Positions 42,517 through 51,662 of a stretch of DNA of 64,000 nucleotides are shown one piece after another. Origin of the DNA: an uncultured Planctomycetaceae bacterium (GTDB lineage Bacteria > Planctomycetota > Planctomycetia > Isosphaerales > Isosphaeraceae); contig CAWIAD010000001.1 in the NCBI GenBank assembly GCA_963833985.1, positions 96,001 through 160,000 on the forward strand, in the 5' to 3' direction. The notes beneath the pieces were generated by a model. It made no database searches. It had not been told where the DNA came from and was given only the letters and a program-made list of their open reading frames with translations. A program made the translations under genes and the position numbers. Positions within the stretch are counted from its first letter, which is position 1. Each line of letters opens with the position of its first letter.

Positions 42517-45432
42517 ATGATCCGCTCCAGACCGCAACGGCCCGCCGCAGCCCGCCCACGCCGGGGAACCGTACTGCCCCTCGTGATCCTGACCATCGTG
42601 GCCCAGCTTGCCTTCCTGGCGCTGGCGATCGACCTGGGGTTGGTGGCGATTGCCAAGACCCAGGTGCAACAGGCCGCCGACCTGGTCTCGTTGACCGCCG
42701 CGCGCAGCCTCAACGGCGTGGCCGCCTCGAATTACAACCAGAACGCGGCCACCACGAACGCGAACAACATCCTCAGCTACAACTACATCCTGGGCAAGCC
42801 GATCGCGGCCTCACAACTCCAGCTCACGTTCGGGTCGTACGACTACAATCAATCGTCGCAGACCTTCTCCGCGAGCTTCCCAGGATTGAACGGTTCCCCC
42901 ACGACCGCCATCACCGCGACGATCACGGCAGGCACGTTTCCGGCGGCCTTCAGCTCGATTCTCGGCAAACAGCTCGTACCGAGCTTCTCCGCGACCGCCC
43001 AGGCCGTGCACCGGCCGCGCGACATCGCGCTGGTGATGGACCTCTCGGGCTCGATGCGCATGGGGACGTTACTGGGGTTCGACTTTTACCAGACGGCGCG
43101 CTCCACGAACAATGCCGATTCCGCGGTGCCGGCCTTCAGCCACTATTCCTCCAGCAGCGCCGGGCTTCAGGGGCCGAGTTCGGATCGCACCTCGGGAGCC
43201 GACAGCTATACGATACCCACGTCCAATACCACGGCAACGACGACCGCGTACAACCAGACCTATATCACCAACTTCTTCCAGAACGCGGCCTACGCCTCGA
43301 CACTCATTCGAGCGTTCGACTCGTACACCAGCGCCGACGGTGGCAAAACGTGGAGCCCGCCCTCCTCGGGCACGCCGCAGCTTCCCCCCGCCTCCTACTC
43401 CTCGGTGCCTGGCGGCGACGTGCCCCTGTTCCTGAACGGCAGCACGACCACCTATGCCAAGACGGTGAAGGACGTGCTCGGCAGCAGCACCCGGAGCCCC
43501 GCCTGGGAGCTCGACGGCTATTCGAACTACACCAGCGGTTCACTCTCCAACGCGGCCGCCGGTCAGAGCAATTACACAAGTGCACCATTTTATGGTTACA
43601 CGCAGGGGCCCGGTTACTACGGCAAGACGTTCTTCATCTGGCCGCCCGACCCCCGACAGCCGCTGACCACCGCCGCCGACGCCGCCCAGATCAATAAATT
43701 TCTCACGGACTTCGGCTACACGACCGCAGACTTCAGCGGCTCAACGACCGGCCCGCCTCTCTACGGCATCTACGGGGTGACCTCCACGTCGGGGAGCCAG
43801 AACTGGCCCTGGCCGAACGACGGCGGCAGCACGCTGAGCACCTACCTGACGACCAAGGTTTCTATTCCCGGTGGCAGCCGCAAGCTCAGGACCACCGACT
43901 CCCAGTACCAGCAGATCATGCGGCTCTACTCGTGGAATTACGTGGTGGACAACCTGGGCACAACGCCGTGCGATTGGCGGCTGCGGTTCTTCGGCACCGT
44001 GGATAACACGAAGCTGTTCGACAGTTCCGGCGATCTGAACCTGCCGGGAAGCTCCACGTATAAGATCAATTACACGGAGATCCTTCGCTGGCTCACCCAG
44101 TCGCCCAACCCGTTCCCCTCGCAGCTACGCGCTGGCGGCGTCAAGTATTACGGCTCGATTCCGACGACGATCACCGGAAGCTGGCCGAAGTACGGCAATA
44201 CAGACCAGCGCTTCTGGGTCGAGTTCATCGATCATGTTCTAGGGTTGAGGCAGACCTCCGCCGGCGTGTACCAGGACGTCAGCGATATGGTCGGCTACGG
44301 AGCGGACTTCGTCTGGGGCACGATCGGGCGTACGGCCGTGCCGTCGGCAACCCAGTACATGTACATGAGCTATACCGACAACCCTCAGCGCCCGAGCCTG
44401 CGGTTCTGGTTCAGCCCCATCCTCATGGTCGATTATCTCCATAACTACAACATGGATACAAACGTCGCCAACTATTTCTACATGCAGCCCGGCGACAGCT
44501 ACGAGGCGCCTCTCTACACCATGAAGGAGGCCTACGCCGCGACGATTTCCACGGTGCAGAACAACCATCCCAACGATACCGTGACGGTCGTGCCTTATAG
44601 CTGGCCACGCAGTTCCTGGAACGCGACGACGGGCCGCTTCAACTGCGTGCGCAGCCCCCTGGGAACCAACTACACCTACGCGTCTGCCGCGATCACCAAA
44701 CCGTTCTCTGCCATCAATGCCGATGGCTCGTCCAATCAGACAGAGGTCACGCCCTACGATCCGGATCCGGCCACGGGCATGATTCCCTCCGGCAACTTCA
44801 ACGACATTCCGCGTGCCGACGGTGACACCTGCTTCGCGATGGCGCTCATGCTCTGCTACAACCAGCTCGCCGTCACTCCAGCATCCGACGGCACGCTGCG
44901 GAACTTCGTCAGCTCCTCGCCGATCACGTTCCCCACGGGCATGGCCGGCGGACTGGGTCGCAAGGGCTCGCAGAAGGTCATCATCTTCGAGACGGACGGT
45001 CTGCCGAACTGCCTGGCGTCTGCCAGCCTTGTCAGTGCCGGCACGTACAAGTATTACAAGATTCGTTACGACATGAACAATCCCGGAGGCAGTGAGTACC
45101 CTTCCGTGACCGCCTCCACCATCAACAATTCCTCCGTGTTGAGCCAGATTTACTCGCTGATCCGGCAGCTCTCCACCGATTACAGCACCACGCGGAACCC
45201 CTTCCGCCTCTACGCGCTGGGCTTCGGACCGGTGTTCCAGGGGCCAAACGCCTCCGGTGCGCTCTCCACTCTTCAGTCGATGCAGTATTACGCGGGCACT
45301 CAGAGCAGCCCTTCCACGCCGCTGGCCGCCAACCAGGTCGTCACCGGCACGGACGCCCAGATGTCGGCGAACATGGTCAGTGCGTTCACGTCCATCCTGG
45401 AAAGCGGAGTGCAGATCGCGCTCATCAAGTAG
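42517..45432 (+). CDS. tadG: TadG-like pilus protein with a split vWA domain (~970 aa)
   Basis: RRGTVLPLVIL...LAIDLG...QQAAD Tad N-terminus; PRDIALVMDLSGSM; distal GDT and VIIFETDG; S/T/Y/N-rich. Confidence 0.8.
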   Translation: MIRSRPQRPAAARPRRGTVLPLVILTIVAQLAFLALAIDLGLVAIAKTQVQQAADLVSLTAARSLNGVAASNYNQNAATTNANNILSYNYILGKPIAASQLQLTFGSYDYNQSSQTFSASFPGLNGSPTTAITATITAGTFPAAFSSILGKQLVPSFSATAQAVHRPRDIALVMDLSGSMRMGTLLGFDFYQTARSTNNADSAVPAFSHYSSSSAGLQGPSSDRTSGADSYTIPTSNTTATTTAYNQTYITNFFQNAAYASTLIRAFDSYTSADGGKTWSPPSSGTPQLPPASYSSVPGGDVPLFLNGSTTTYAKTVKDVLGSSTRSPAWELDGYSNYTSGSLSNAAAGQSNYTSAPFYGYTQGPGYYGKTFFIWPPDPRQPLTTAADAAQINKFLTDFGYTTADFSGSTTGPPLYGIYGVTSTSGSQNWPWPNDGGSTLSTYLTTKVSIPGGSRKLRTTDSQYQQIMRLYSWNYVVDNLGTTPCDWRLRFFGTVDNTKLFDSSGDLNLPGSSTYKINYTEILRWLTQSPNPFPSQLRAGGVKYYGSIPTTITGSWPKYGNTDQRFWVEFIDHVLGLRQTSAGVYQDVSDMVGYGADFVWGTIGRTAVPSATQYMYMSYTDNPQRPSLRFWFSPILMVDYLHNYNMDTNVANYFYMQPGDSYEAPLYTMKEAYAATISTVQNNHPNDTVTVVPYSWPRSSWNATTGRFNCVRSPLGTNYTYASAAITKPFSAINADGSSNQTEVTPYDPDPATGMIPSGNFNDIPRADGDTCFAMALMLCYNQLAVTPASDGTLRNFVSSSPITFPTGMAGGLGRKGSQKVIIFETDGLPNCLASASLVSAGTYKYYKIRYDMNNPGGSEYPSVTASTINNSSVLSQIYSLIRQLSTDYSTTRNPFRLYALGFGPVFQGPNASGALSTLQSMQYYAGTQSSPSTPLAANQVVTGTDAQMSANMVSAFTSILESGVQIALIK

Positions 45433-45434
45433 CC

Positions 45435-46187
45435 ATGAATACCCCTGTCGCCGAGTTCGAGAACGTTGTGAAAGACTATCACGCACCGCGGCCCGTCGGC
45501 GGACTGACCCCCGCACTGCGGGGAGTCAGCCTGCACGTCGAGGCCGGAGAGGTGATGGCGCTGCTGGGGCCCAATCGCGCGGGCAAGTCGACGTTGCTGA
45601 AGATCCTGCTGGGCCTGTGCCATCCCAGCGCGGGCCGGGTCTTCCGGTTCGGCCGGCCGATCTCCCAGCGCGATACTCTTGCCCGCGTCGGTTTCATGCA
45701 CGAGAACCAGGCGTTTCCCCGCTACCTCACGGCGCCGGCGCTGCTGGAGTTCTGCGGCCGGCTGTCGCTCGTTCCCGGATCGATCCTGAAGTCGCGGGTC
45801 CCCGCCCTGCTGAAGAAAGTCGGCCTCCAGGATCGAACCCGCGAATCGATCGCCCGCTTCAGCAAGGGCATGGTCCAGCGCCTGGCGCTGGCGCAGGCCC
45901 TCATCGCGGAGCCGGAATTGCTGGTCCTGGACGAGCCCATGGAGGGGCTCGACCTGTCCGCACGCAGGTTGCTTCAGCAGATCATCGGCGAACAGCGAGC
46001 AGCGGGAAGAACCGTCCTCGTCGTGTCTCACGCCATCAGCGAGGTCGCCCTGGTGTGCGATCGCGTGGCCGTGCTGGTCGAAGGCAGGCTCGCCTACCTG
46101 GGCACCCGCGAGGCGCTGCTGCGCGATCCGCAAACCGGAGGCGAGCGCTCGCTCGAGGCGGCCCTGGCGCTGGTCTACCAGTCCTGA
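45435..46187 (+). CDS. ABC transporter ATP-binding protein
   Basis: GPNRAGKST, FSKGMVQR, LLVLDEP and VSH motifs; starts 3 nt after the tadG stop. Confidence 0.92.
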   Translation: MNTPVAEFENVVKDYHAPRPVGGLTPALRGVSLHVEAGEVMALLGPNRAGKSTLLKILLGLCHPSAGRVFRFGRPISQRDTLARVGFMHENQAFPRYLTAPALLEFCGRLSLVPGSILKSRVPALLKKVGLQDRTRESIARFSKGMVQRLALAQALIAEPELLVLDEPMEGLDLSARRLLQQIIGEQRAAGRTVLVVSHAISEVALVCDRVAVLVEGRLAYLGTREALLRDPQTGGERSLEAALALVYQS

Positions 46188-46199
46188 GAGGAGTGCGAC

Positions 46200-47252
46200 G
46201 TGACTGTCTGGCAGAGCATAGGCTTCCTGGAGATCCTGCTCAAGGACACCTTCCGCCAGGCCCTTGCCTCGGGCATCTGCTGGATGATGCTGGCGGTCAC
46301 GGCGATCTGCGTCCTGCTCTGCCTGAGCGTGCACGTCTCCGGCGACGTGGACCTGCGGGGAGATGGCGAGGCCGTCTACTTCCTGCCCCAACAGTCGGCC
46401 GGCGCAGCGCTGGTGCCGGCCGCGGCGGATCGAGGGAAGCGGCTTCCTCCCACCACCGATCCCGCCACGGCCAGGCGCGACGGGGTGGAGACGGTCAGCG
46501 GCCGCATGACGCTCGCGTTCGGGGCCGTTTCGGTTCCCATCAGCCGGCAGCGCAGCGACGCGGTGCATCTGCTCCAGCTCGTGCTTGCCAGCGTGGTCGC
46601 CGGCACCTTCGGGATCCTGCTCACGCTCATCTGGACAGCGGGCTTCGTGCCCACATTTCTGGAGCCCGGCACGGCCACGGTGCTGCTGGCGAAGCCTGTC
46701 GCGCGCTGGCAATTGCTGCTGGGCAAGTACTTCGGGGTCCTGGTCTTCGTCGGCTGCCACCTGGTCCTGTTCGTGGCCTTGACCTGGCTGGCGCTCGGCC
46801 TGCGGACCAGAGTCTGGGACACGGCCTACTGGTGGGCGATCCCGCTTCTGCTCGTCCAGTTCGCGATCTTCTACAGCTTCTCGGTCTTGCTGGCGGTGCT
46901 CACGCGCAGCACGGTGGCCTGTGTCTTCGGTGCCATCCTCTTCTGGGTTCTGGCGTGGGGCGTGAACTATGGCAGCGTCATGGCCCGGCAGGCTGCGCAG
47001 GCCGAGAACCTGTCGACGGCCGCCGTCGCGCTCGCTGAAACCTCCTACTGGATCACGCCCAAACCGGTCGACGCCGGCCTGATCCTGTTCACCGCCCTGA
47101 ACGCCCAGGAGCACTTCGAAAAGCCGCTGGTGTTCAGGCTCATCGAGTCGGAGGGGACCTTCTCCCCCGGGCTCTCCCTGCTCTCCTCGCTGATCATGAC
47201 CGCGGTGCTGCTGGGACTGTCCATTCATGAGTTCCGCATGGCCGATTACTGA
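46200..47252 (+). CDS. ABC-2 type transporter permease
   Basis: About 6 TM segments; LLAKPVARWQLLLGKYFG motif. Confidence 0.88.
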   Translation: MTVWQSIGFLEILLKDTFRQALASGICWMMLAVTAICVLLCLSVHVSGDVDLRGDGEAVYFLPQQSAGAALVPAAADRGKRLPPTTDPATARRDGVETVSGRMTLAFGAVSVPISRQRSDAVHLLQLVLASVVAGTFGILLTLIWTAGFVPTFLEPGTATVLLAKPVARWQLLLGKYFGVLVFVGCHLVLFVALTWLALGLRTRVWDTAYWWAIPLLLVQFAIFYSFSVLLAVLTRSTVACVFGAILFWVLAWGVNYGSVMARQAAQAENLSTAAVALAETSYWITPKPVDAGLILFTALNAQEHFEKPLVFRLIESEGTFSPGLSLLSSLIMTAVLLGLSIHEFRMADY

Positions 47253-47347
47253 GCGGTCCCTCGCGGGCGATCGAGAGGAATGCCGGTGCAGGAACCGCGG
47301 ACCGCGGCTTGCGTGTTCCGGAACGGTTTTTTCCCATCCAGACCGGG

Positions 47348-47376
47348 TTGACAGGAAGCCGCTTTTTTTCTAGCGT
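47348..47376 (+). promoter_or_regulatory. Putative sigma70 promoter for the SdpA-like/HTTM pair
   Basis: TTGACA-N17-TAGCGT. Confidence 0.45.
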
Positions 47377-47440
47377 CTCGCCACGATGACGTGACCGACA
47401 CTTCTGGAAGCCATCCACCATTGAACGAAGGGAGCGTCCC

Positions 47441-47983
47441 TTGGCCTGGCGACGGATCGCAGGGCGGCTGGCTATATCAGCCTTTCTCATCTTCCACCTC
47501 ACCGCGACGTTCGGTTGGGTGATCCCGCAATCACCACTGCGAGACTTCCTCGTACCGCCGTTTCGCGCCTACATGCTACCCCTGGGCTTGTGGCAATCCT
47601 GGTGGATGTTCGCGCCCGACCCCATGAGCGCGACGGCCCTTCTGGAGTGCGAGGTGATCGACGCCAAGGGGATGCGCCATCTCTACCAGTTCCCGAAGAT
47701 TGCCGACCTTCCCTGGTGGAAGAAGATGCCCCGCTTCCGCCATCCCAAGTTCACCTGCAACCTGTTGCTCGACGAATACGCGGCCCAGCGCGAATCGACG
47801 AGCCGCTATGTCCTGCGGCAACTCGCACTCAGCAAGGAGCTGTATCCGGTCCGCCTGCACCTCTACTGCCGGGTCTGGGACGCGCCGCCGCCAGGTCAGA
47901 CGTCCATGGATCCGATGAAGCGCCCGCGTTTGCAAAGCATTTCCAGCTATGAGTTCGACTCGCCACAGGAGGTCCGCCGATGA
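47441..47983 (+). CDS. Membrane-anchored SdpA/DUF5819-like protein
   Basis: N-terminal TM with FH; LGLWQSWWMFAPDP motif; ATGA overlap with the HTTM gene. Confidence 0.6.
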   Translation: MAWRRIAGRLAISAFLIFHLTATFGWVIPQSPLRDFLVPPFRAYMLPLGLWQSWWMFAPDPMSATALLECEVIDAKGMRHLYQFPKIADLPWWKKMPRFRHPKFTCNLLLDEYAAQRESTSRYVLRQLALSKELYPVRLHLYCRVWDAPPPGQTSMDPMKRPRLQSISSYEFDSPQEVRR

Positions 47984-49005
47984 ACCCGCTGCGCGTCTGG
48001 AATCGATTCTGGTTCGGGCCGATCTCGGCGCGGCCGCTGGGAATGTACCGCATCATCTTCGGCATCCTCGTGCTCGCGCACCTTGGTCTGATCTGCACGG
48101 AGCTGGACTACTGGTACACCGATCTGGGGGTGCTGCACGGCGATGAAGCCCGTCTGCTGGCCGGCCCGCTCAGGCCCTCGCCGCTCCAGTACTTTCAGGA
48201 TCCCGTCTCGGTGCGCTGCGCGGTTGCCGCGGTGGCGGCCGTGGCGGTGGCGTTCACGCTCGGCTGGCGTACCCGTGTCATGGGTGTGTTGCTGTATCTT
48301 GGAATGTTATCGCTCTACCACCGCAATATCTCGACCAATTGCGGCCCCGACCAGTTGATGATGATCACCTGCTTCTACATGATGCTCAGCCCCTGTGGCG
48401 CGGCACTGTCGCTGGACGCACGCCGCGCGGCCCTGCGGCGCGGCACCCCGGCCGAGCCCTTGATCGCACCATGGGCCCAAAGATTGATGCAGCTCCAACT
48501 CTGTCTCATCTACCTGGCGACCGCGGCGTTCAAGTGCCATGGCAAAAGCTGGTTCGGTGGCACGGCCGTGCACTACATCCTGTTCAATCACGAGGTGGGA
48601 CAGGCCAACCTGGAATGGCTGGCGGGCTATCCCATCACCATCAGTCTGTTCACTCAGACCGCCTTGATCATGGAGTTCTCGCTCGGCTTTCTGCTCTGGT
48701 TTCGGCCCACGCGGAAGTGGGTCGCCGTGGCCGGAATTCTGCTGCATATCGGCATCGTGCCGCTGGTGAACGTGCCCCTTTTCGGCGAGCAGATGACCGC
48801 GCTCTACCTGCTGTTCCTGGCACCTGACGAGCTGAACTCGCTGCTCTGGCGGCTGAACCCACTGCGGTGGTTCAGCCGCGAGGCAAGAGCGCTGCGTGAT
48901 CGATCGTCCCGGCTGCACCCGGCCCCCGCGCTTTCGGCCTGGCGGCAGCTCGAGCTGGCCTTCGACAACCCCGACCCGAACGGGCGCATGGGCCAGGCAC
49001 ACTGA
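47980..49005 (+). CDS. HTTM domain (SdpB / vitamin K-dependent carboxylase-like) membrane protein
   Basis: LGMYRIIFG, LGWRTR, HRN, LSLDA, QLCLIYLATAAFK...WFGGTA and LHIGI motifs. Confidence 0.85.
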   Translation: MNPLRVWNRFWFGPISARPLGMYRIIFGILVLAHLGLICTELDYWYTDLGVLHGDEARLLAGPLRPSPLQYFQDPVSVRCAVAAVAAVAVAFTLGWRTRVMGVLLYLGMLSLYHRNISTNCGPDQLMMITCFYMMLSPCGAALSLDARRAALRRGTPAEPLIAPWAQRLMQLQLCLIYLATAAFKCHGKSWFGGTAVHYILFNHEVGQANLEWLAGYPITISLFTQTALIMEFSLGFLLWFRPTRKWVAVAGILLHIGIVPLVNVPLFGEQMTALYLLFLAPDELNSLLWRLNPLRWFSREARALRDRSSRLHPAPALSAWRQLELAFDNPDPNGRMGQAH

Positions 49006-49045
49006 ACCTGCCCCTGAGATGCTACGCGACCTGACGGCAATCTGG

Positions 49046-49558
49046 TCAGGAACGCGTCAAGAGCGTGATCAGTCGGTCATGCTCCGGATAGCGGGCGAGC
49101 AGGTCGTCGCGGCGTGCCTGCTCGTAGTCGGCATAGTCGAATCCCGGGGCCATGGTGGCGCCGAGCAGGGCGAAGTCGACGCCCGGCTCGAGCATTGAGC
49201 CTTGCCACACCCCGGCGGCCACGACGAGCTGTGGCTCTTGCCCATGAAGGACGTCCGCGCCCAGGAGCAACTCACGCCCCTGGCCATCCTCGAAGAGCTG
49301 GAGCATCCGCACCGGACCGCCGAGGTAGAGGTGGAAGACCTCTTCGGTGGGCAGGCGATGGAGCTCGGAGAACGTCTCGGGGGTCAGCAGATAGTAAATG
49401 GCCGTGCCGAGGTTGCGTGGGGCCTGAGTCTGGTATCCCGCCGGCAGGTGTCGCGGCTCGATGTTCCCGCGCGCCCGGTAGGTTTCCCGGAAATATCCCC
49501 CCTCGATGGGATGCGGCTCCAGCCGGAGCGTCTCGATGATCTGCCGTGCGGTGGGCAT
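49046..49558 (-). CDS. Cupin (DUF985/Cupin_5) protein
   Basis: LEPHPIEGGYFRETY, TAIYYLL, HRL..EEVFHLYLGGP and APGFDYADYE motifs. Confidence 0.9.
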   Translation of the reverse strand: MPTARQIIETLRLEPHPIEGGYFRETYRARGNIEPRHLPAGYQTQAPRNLGTAIYYLLTPETFSELHRLPTEEVFHLYLGGPVRMLQLFEDGQGRELLLGADVLHGQEPQLVVAAGVWQGSMLEPGVDFALLGATMAPGFDYADYEQARRDDLLARYPEHDRLITLLTRS

Positions 49559-49711
49559 GTCGACTCCTCAGCTCCCGGTTCAGCCTGGCCTTCGCCGCAC
49601 GAGGCGACAGGCCCCGCCGGCAAGGATCGGCGAGCGTAACCGGGCAGGCACCGCGCTGGCAACTCCCGGGCCTTGCCATGCGTCGCCATGGCCCCGGGCC
49701 CGAACCGGGCC

Positions 49712-49975
49712 GGAAATGGGTTCGTTCTGGGCCTCCCTGCACCGAAGCCAATGGACGTTACTCCAATGATGGAAGCTAGTTAAAGCACAATTCTTCCATT
49801 TCCGGTTGGCTTCGTTGTGCTGCTTTTTGCGAGCTTCACGTGCGCTTGCGACTGCAATTTCAGTGCTCTCCGCTCGCAGTCCTCGCGTCTGGCTGGCTGC
49901 TCCTGGAAATGGGTTCGTTCCGTGCATCCGGGTTCGAAGCCATCGGACGCTAATCCTTTGCGGTTGGCAGTTAGA
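49712..49975. repeat. Two diverged ~70-bp direct repeats (193-bp period) in an intergenic region
   Basis: GGAAATGGGTTCGTTC-N14/15-CGAAGCCA-NN-GGACG...AGTTA at 49712 and 49905; related TTGGCTTCGTT at 49806. Confidence 0.65.
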
Positions 49976-50400
49976 CTTCGCTTTCCATCGGGCCATCCAG
50001 CGCACCGCCCGGCCAGAACGGCGGCGCACTGGTCCGTACCATCCTCCGAATTGCCAAGGAACGTCGACACGGTCCCATCCTATTCAGTTTACGACCGTAC
50101 ACCGGCTTTTGAGGATCTTTTCGTCACTGGATTTCATTGTGGCGGCGCGGGGTTCCACCTCGCAGGAGACCCACGGCGTCCGCGCCCGGTTCAGACTTTC
50201 ACCGCTTGAATGTGCACGCTTGCATGGACCGTTTCCTTCCCTTGCTTCGATGCGAGCCGGGTGATCTCGGCGTGCGGCTTGAAGCGATTGCCGTTTGCCC
50301 CATGACCAGGAAAAGGGGTGGAATCGCGGGCGGACAACCGATGAATGGGATCAGGCTCCATCCACGGTCGGGTGGGGCCGTGCCGAACATGAGGGACGCG

Positions 50401-51347
50401 ATGACCAGGAGCCTGCGGGCCGGTGGGCTGTCTGTCCTGCTCTGCTCCGGTGCCCTGGCGGCCGCGCAGGACCAGGCACCTGCACTGCACTGCGCCTGCA
50501 CCGGCACCGGCTCCTGCGCTGACGCCGCCTGCGCTCGAACCTCCGGCGCTGGAACCGCAACCGTCGATGACGCCGGCACGGCCCCCTTCCCCGGTTCCGT
50601 CCCCGGGCGCCGCGAGCAGCACTCCCGGGAGGGCAGAGTCCGCGAGTCAGGGCCCGGGCCTGTATCGACCGTTGCTGGTGATTCCCGGTGTCACGGCGCC
50701 GGCTCCTGCGCGGCAGACGCCAGGGCCCGGCCGGCCGCGTGCTCAGGCCGCCGAGACTTCCGGCGCTGCGGCCGCAGCCTCCGAGTTGCCGGCCGCGACG
50801 CTTCCCGGCGTCCTGGAAGCCGGCGATCCCCCGAGGGTGGGCGAGTCAGAGGCAACGGGCCGGCGGTCGATTCCGCTCACGCTCGAGTCCATCCCCGAGG
50901 ACTCTGGCGATGAACCGGGTTCGCAGCCTCCGCCCGGCAGTCGCGCCAGCGCGCCACCTGCGGGGCGAAGCAGCACCGGCCGGACTCCACGCGAGCCGGC
51001 CGAGTCCGCCACTCCCCGCTCCCCCGCCCCCCGCGCCCCGACCTCTTTCTTTGGTCGGCTCTTCGCGCCGCTGGCTCCCCGGGAACAGCCGGCCCCCGCG
51101 CGCAGTTCCGTGACCGTCGAGCCCCACTCCAACCCGGCGGGCGAGGCCGCGGTGAAGCGGCGAATCGAGAAGCAGATCCAGGAGGCCGTGGGGGACCGCG
51201 TCCGTTCCGTGGAGATCCGCGTCTCGGGCCGCTCGGTGTTGATCCGCGCAGGCCGCGCGCTTCTGGCAACGCCGGGGCGTCCGCCGTAGCCTGGAATCCC
51301 TTCCCCTGCCTTCCGGCTACCACGCGCGGGTGGAGCTGGTTGACTGA
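50401..51347 (+). CDS. Secreted Pro-rich protein with a small C-terminal (possibly BON-like) domain (2 frameshifts)
   Basis: Signal peptide MTRSLRAGGLSVLLCSGALAAAQ; P/A/S-rich linker; C-terminal RRIEKQIQEAVGDRVRSVEIRVSG...RFWQRRGVRRSLESLP. Confidence 0.55.
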
Positions 51348-51409
51348 GCCCCGGTGCCCGCTTTCAGGTTGCAAGACCGCCGCGCGCGGCGCCTGGCGCG
51401 GACCGGCTA

Positions 51410-51502
51410 AATAGCTCCCCGTAAAATAGAAAGTGTGGGACGGCGGCCCTCGGCCGTCCCGAGCCAGCCGAGGGCGGCTGGCCCACATTCGAGGAGGCGA
51501 GG
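51410..51502. repeat. Dispersed ~92-bp REP-doublet element, copy 2 (inverted relative to 15317-15408)
   Basis: ATAGCTCCCCGTAA...GTGGGACGGCGGCCCTCGGCCGTCC...GCCGAGGGCGGCTGGCCCACATTC. Confidence 0.85.
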
Positions 51503-51662
51503 TTCTATCTAGCCGCTTTCATCGGCAGATTGCCCGCGTTATGGTGAAGGTCATGCTCATGGTCAAGGTCATCGTCATGATCACGAGCACCTGCATCCCG
51601 CACCGCGCCTGGTGCGCCGCACCAGGAGATGCATCGCCTCCCCGGTTGGAGCCTTCACCACA

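Noticed and set aside
51541..51591. Hexamer-periodic tract (ATGGTGAAGGTCATGCTCATGGTC...) as a small peptide gene
   Set aside because: Short degenerate low-complexity repeat with no RBS or other support
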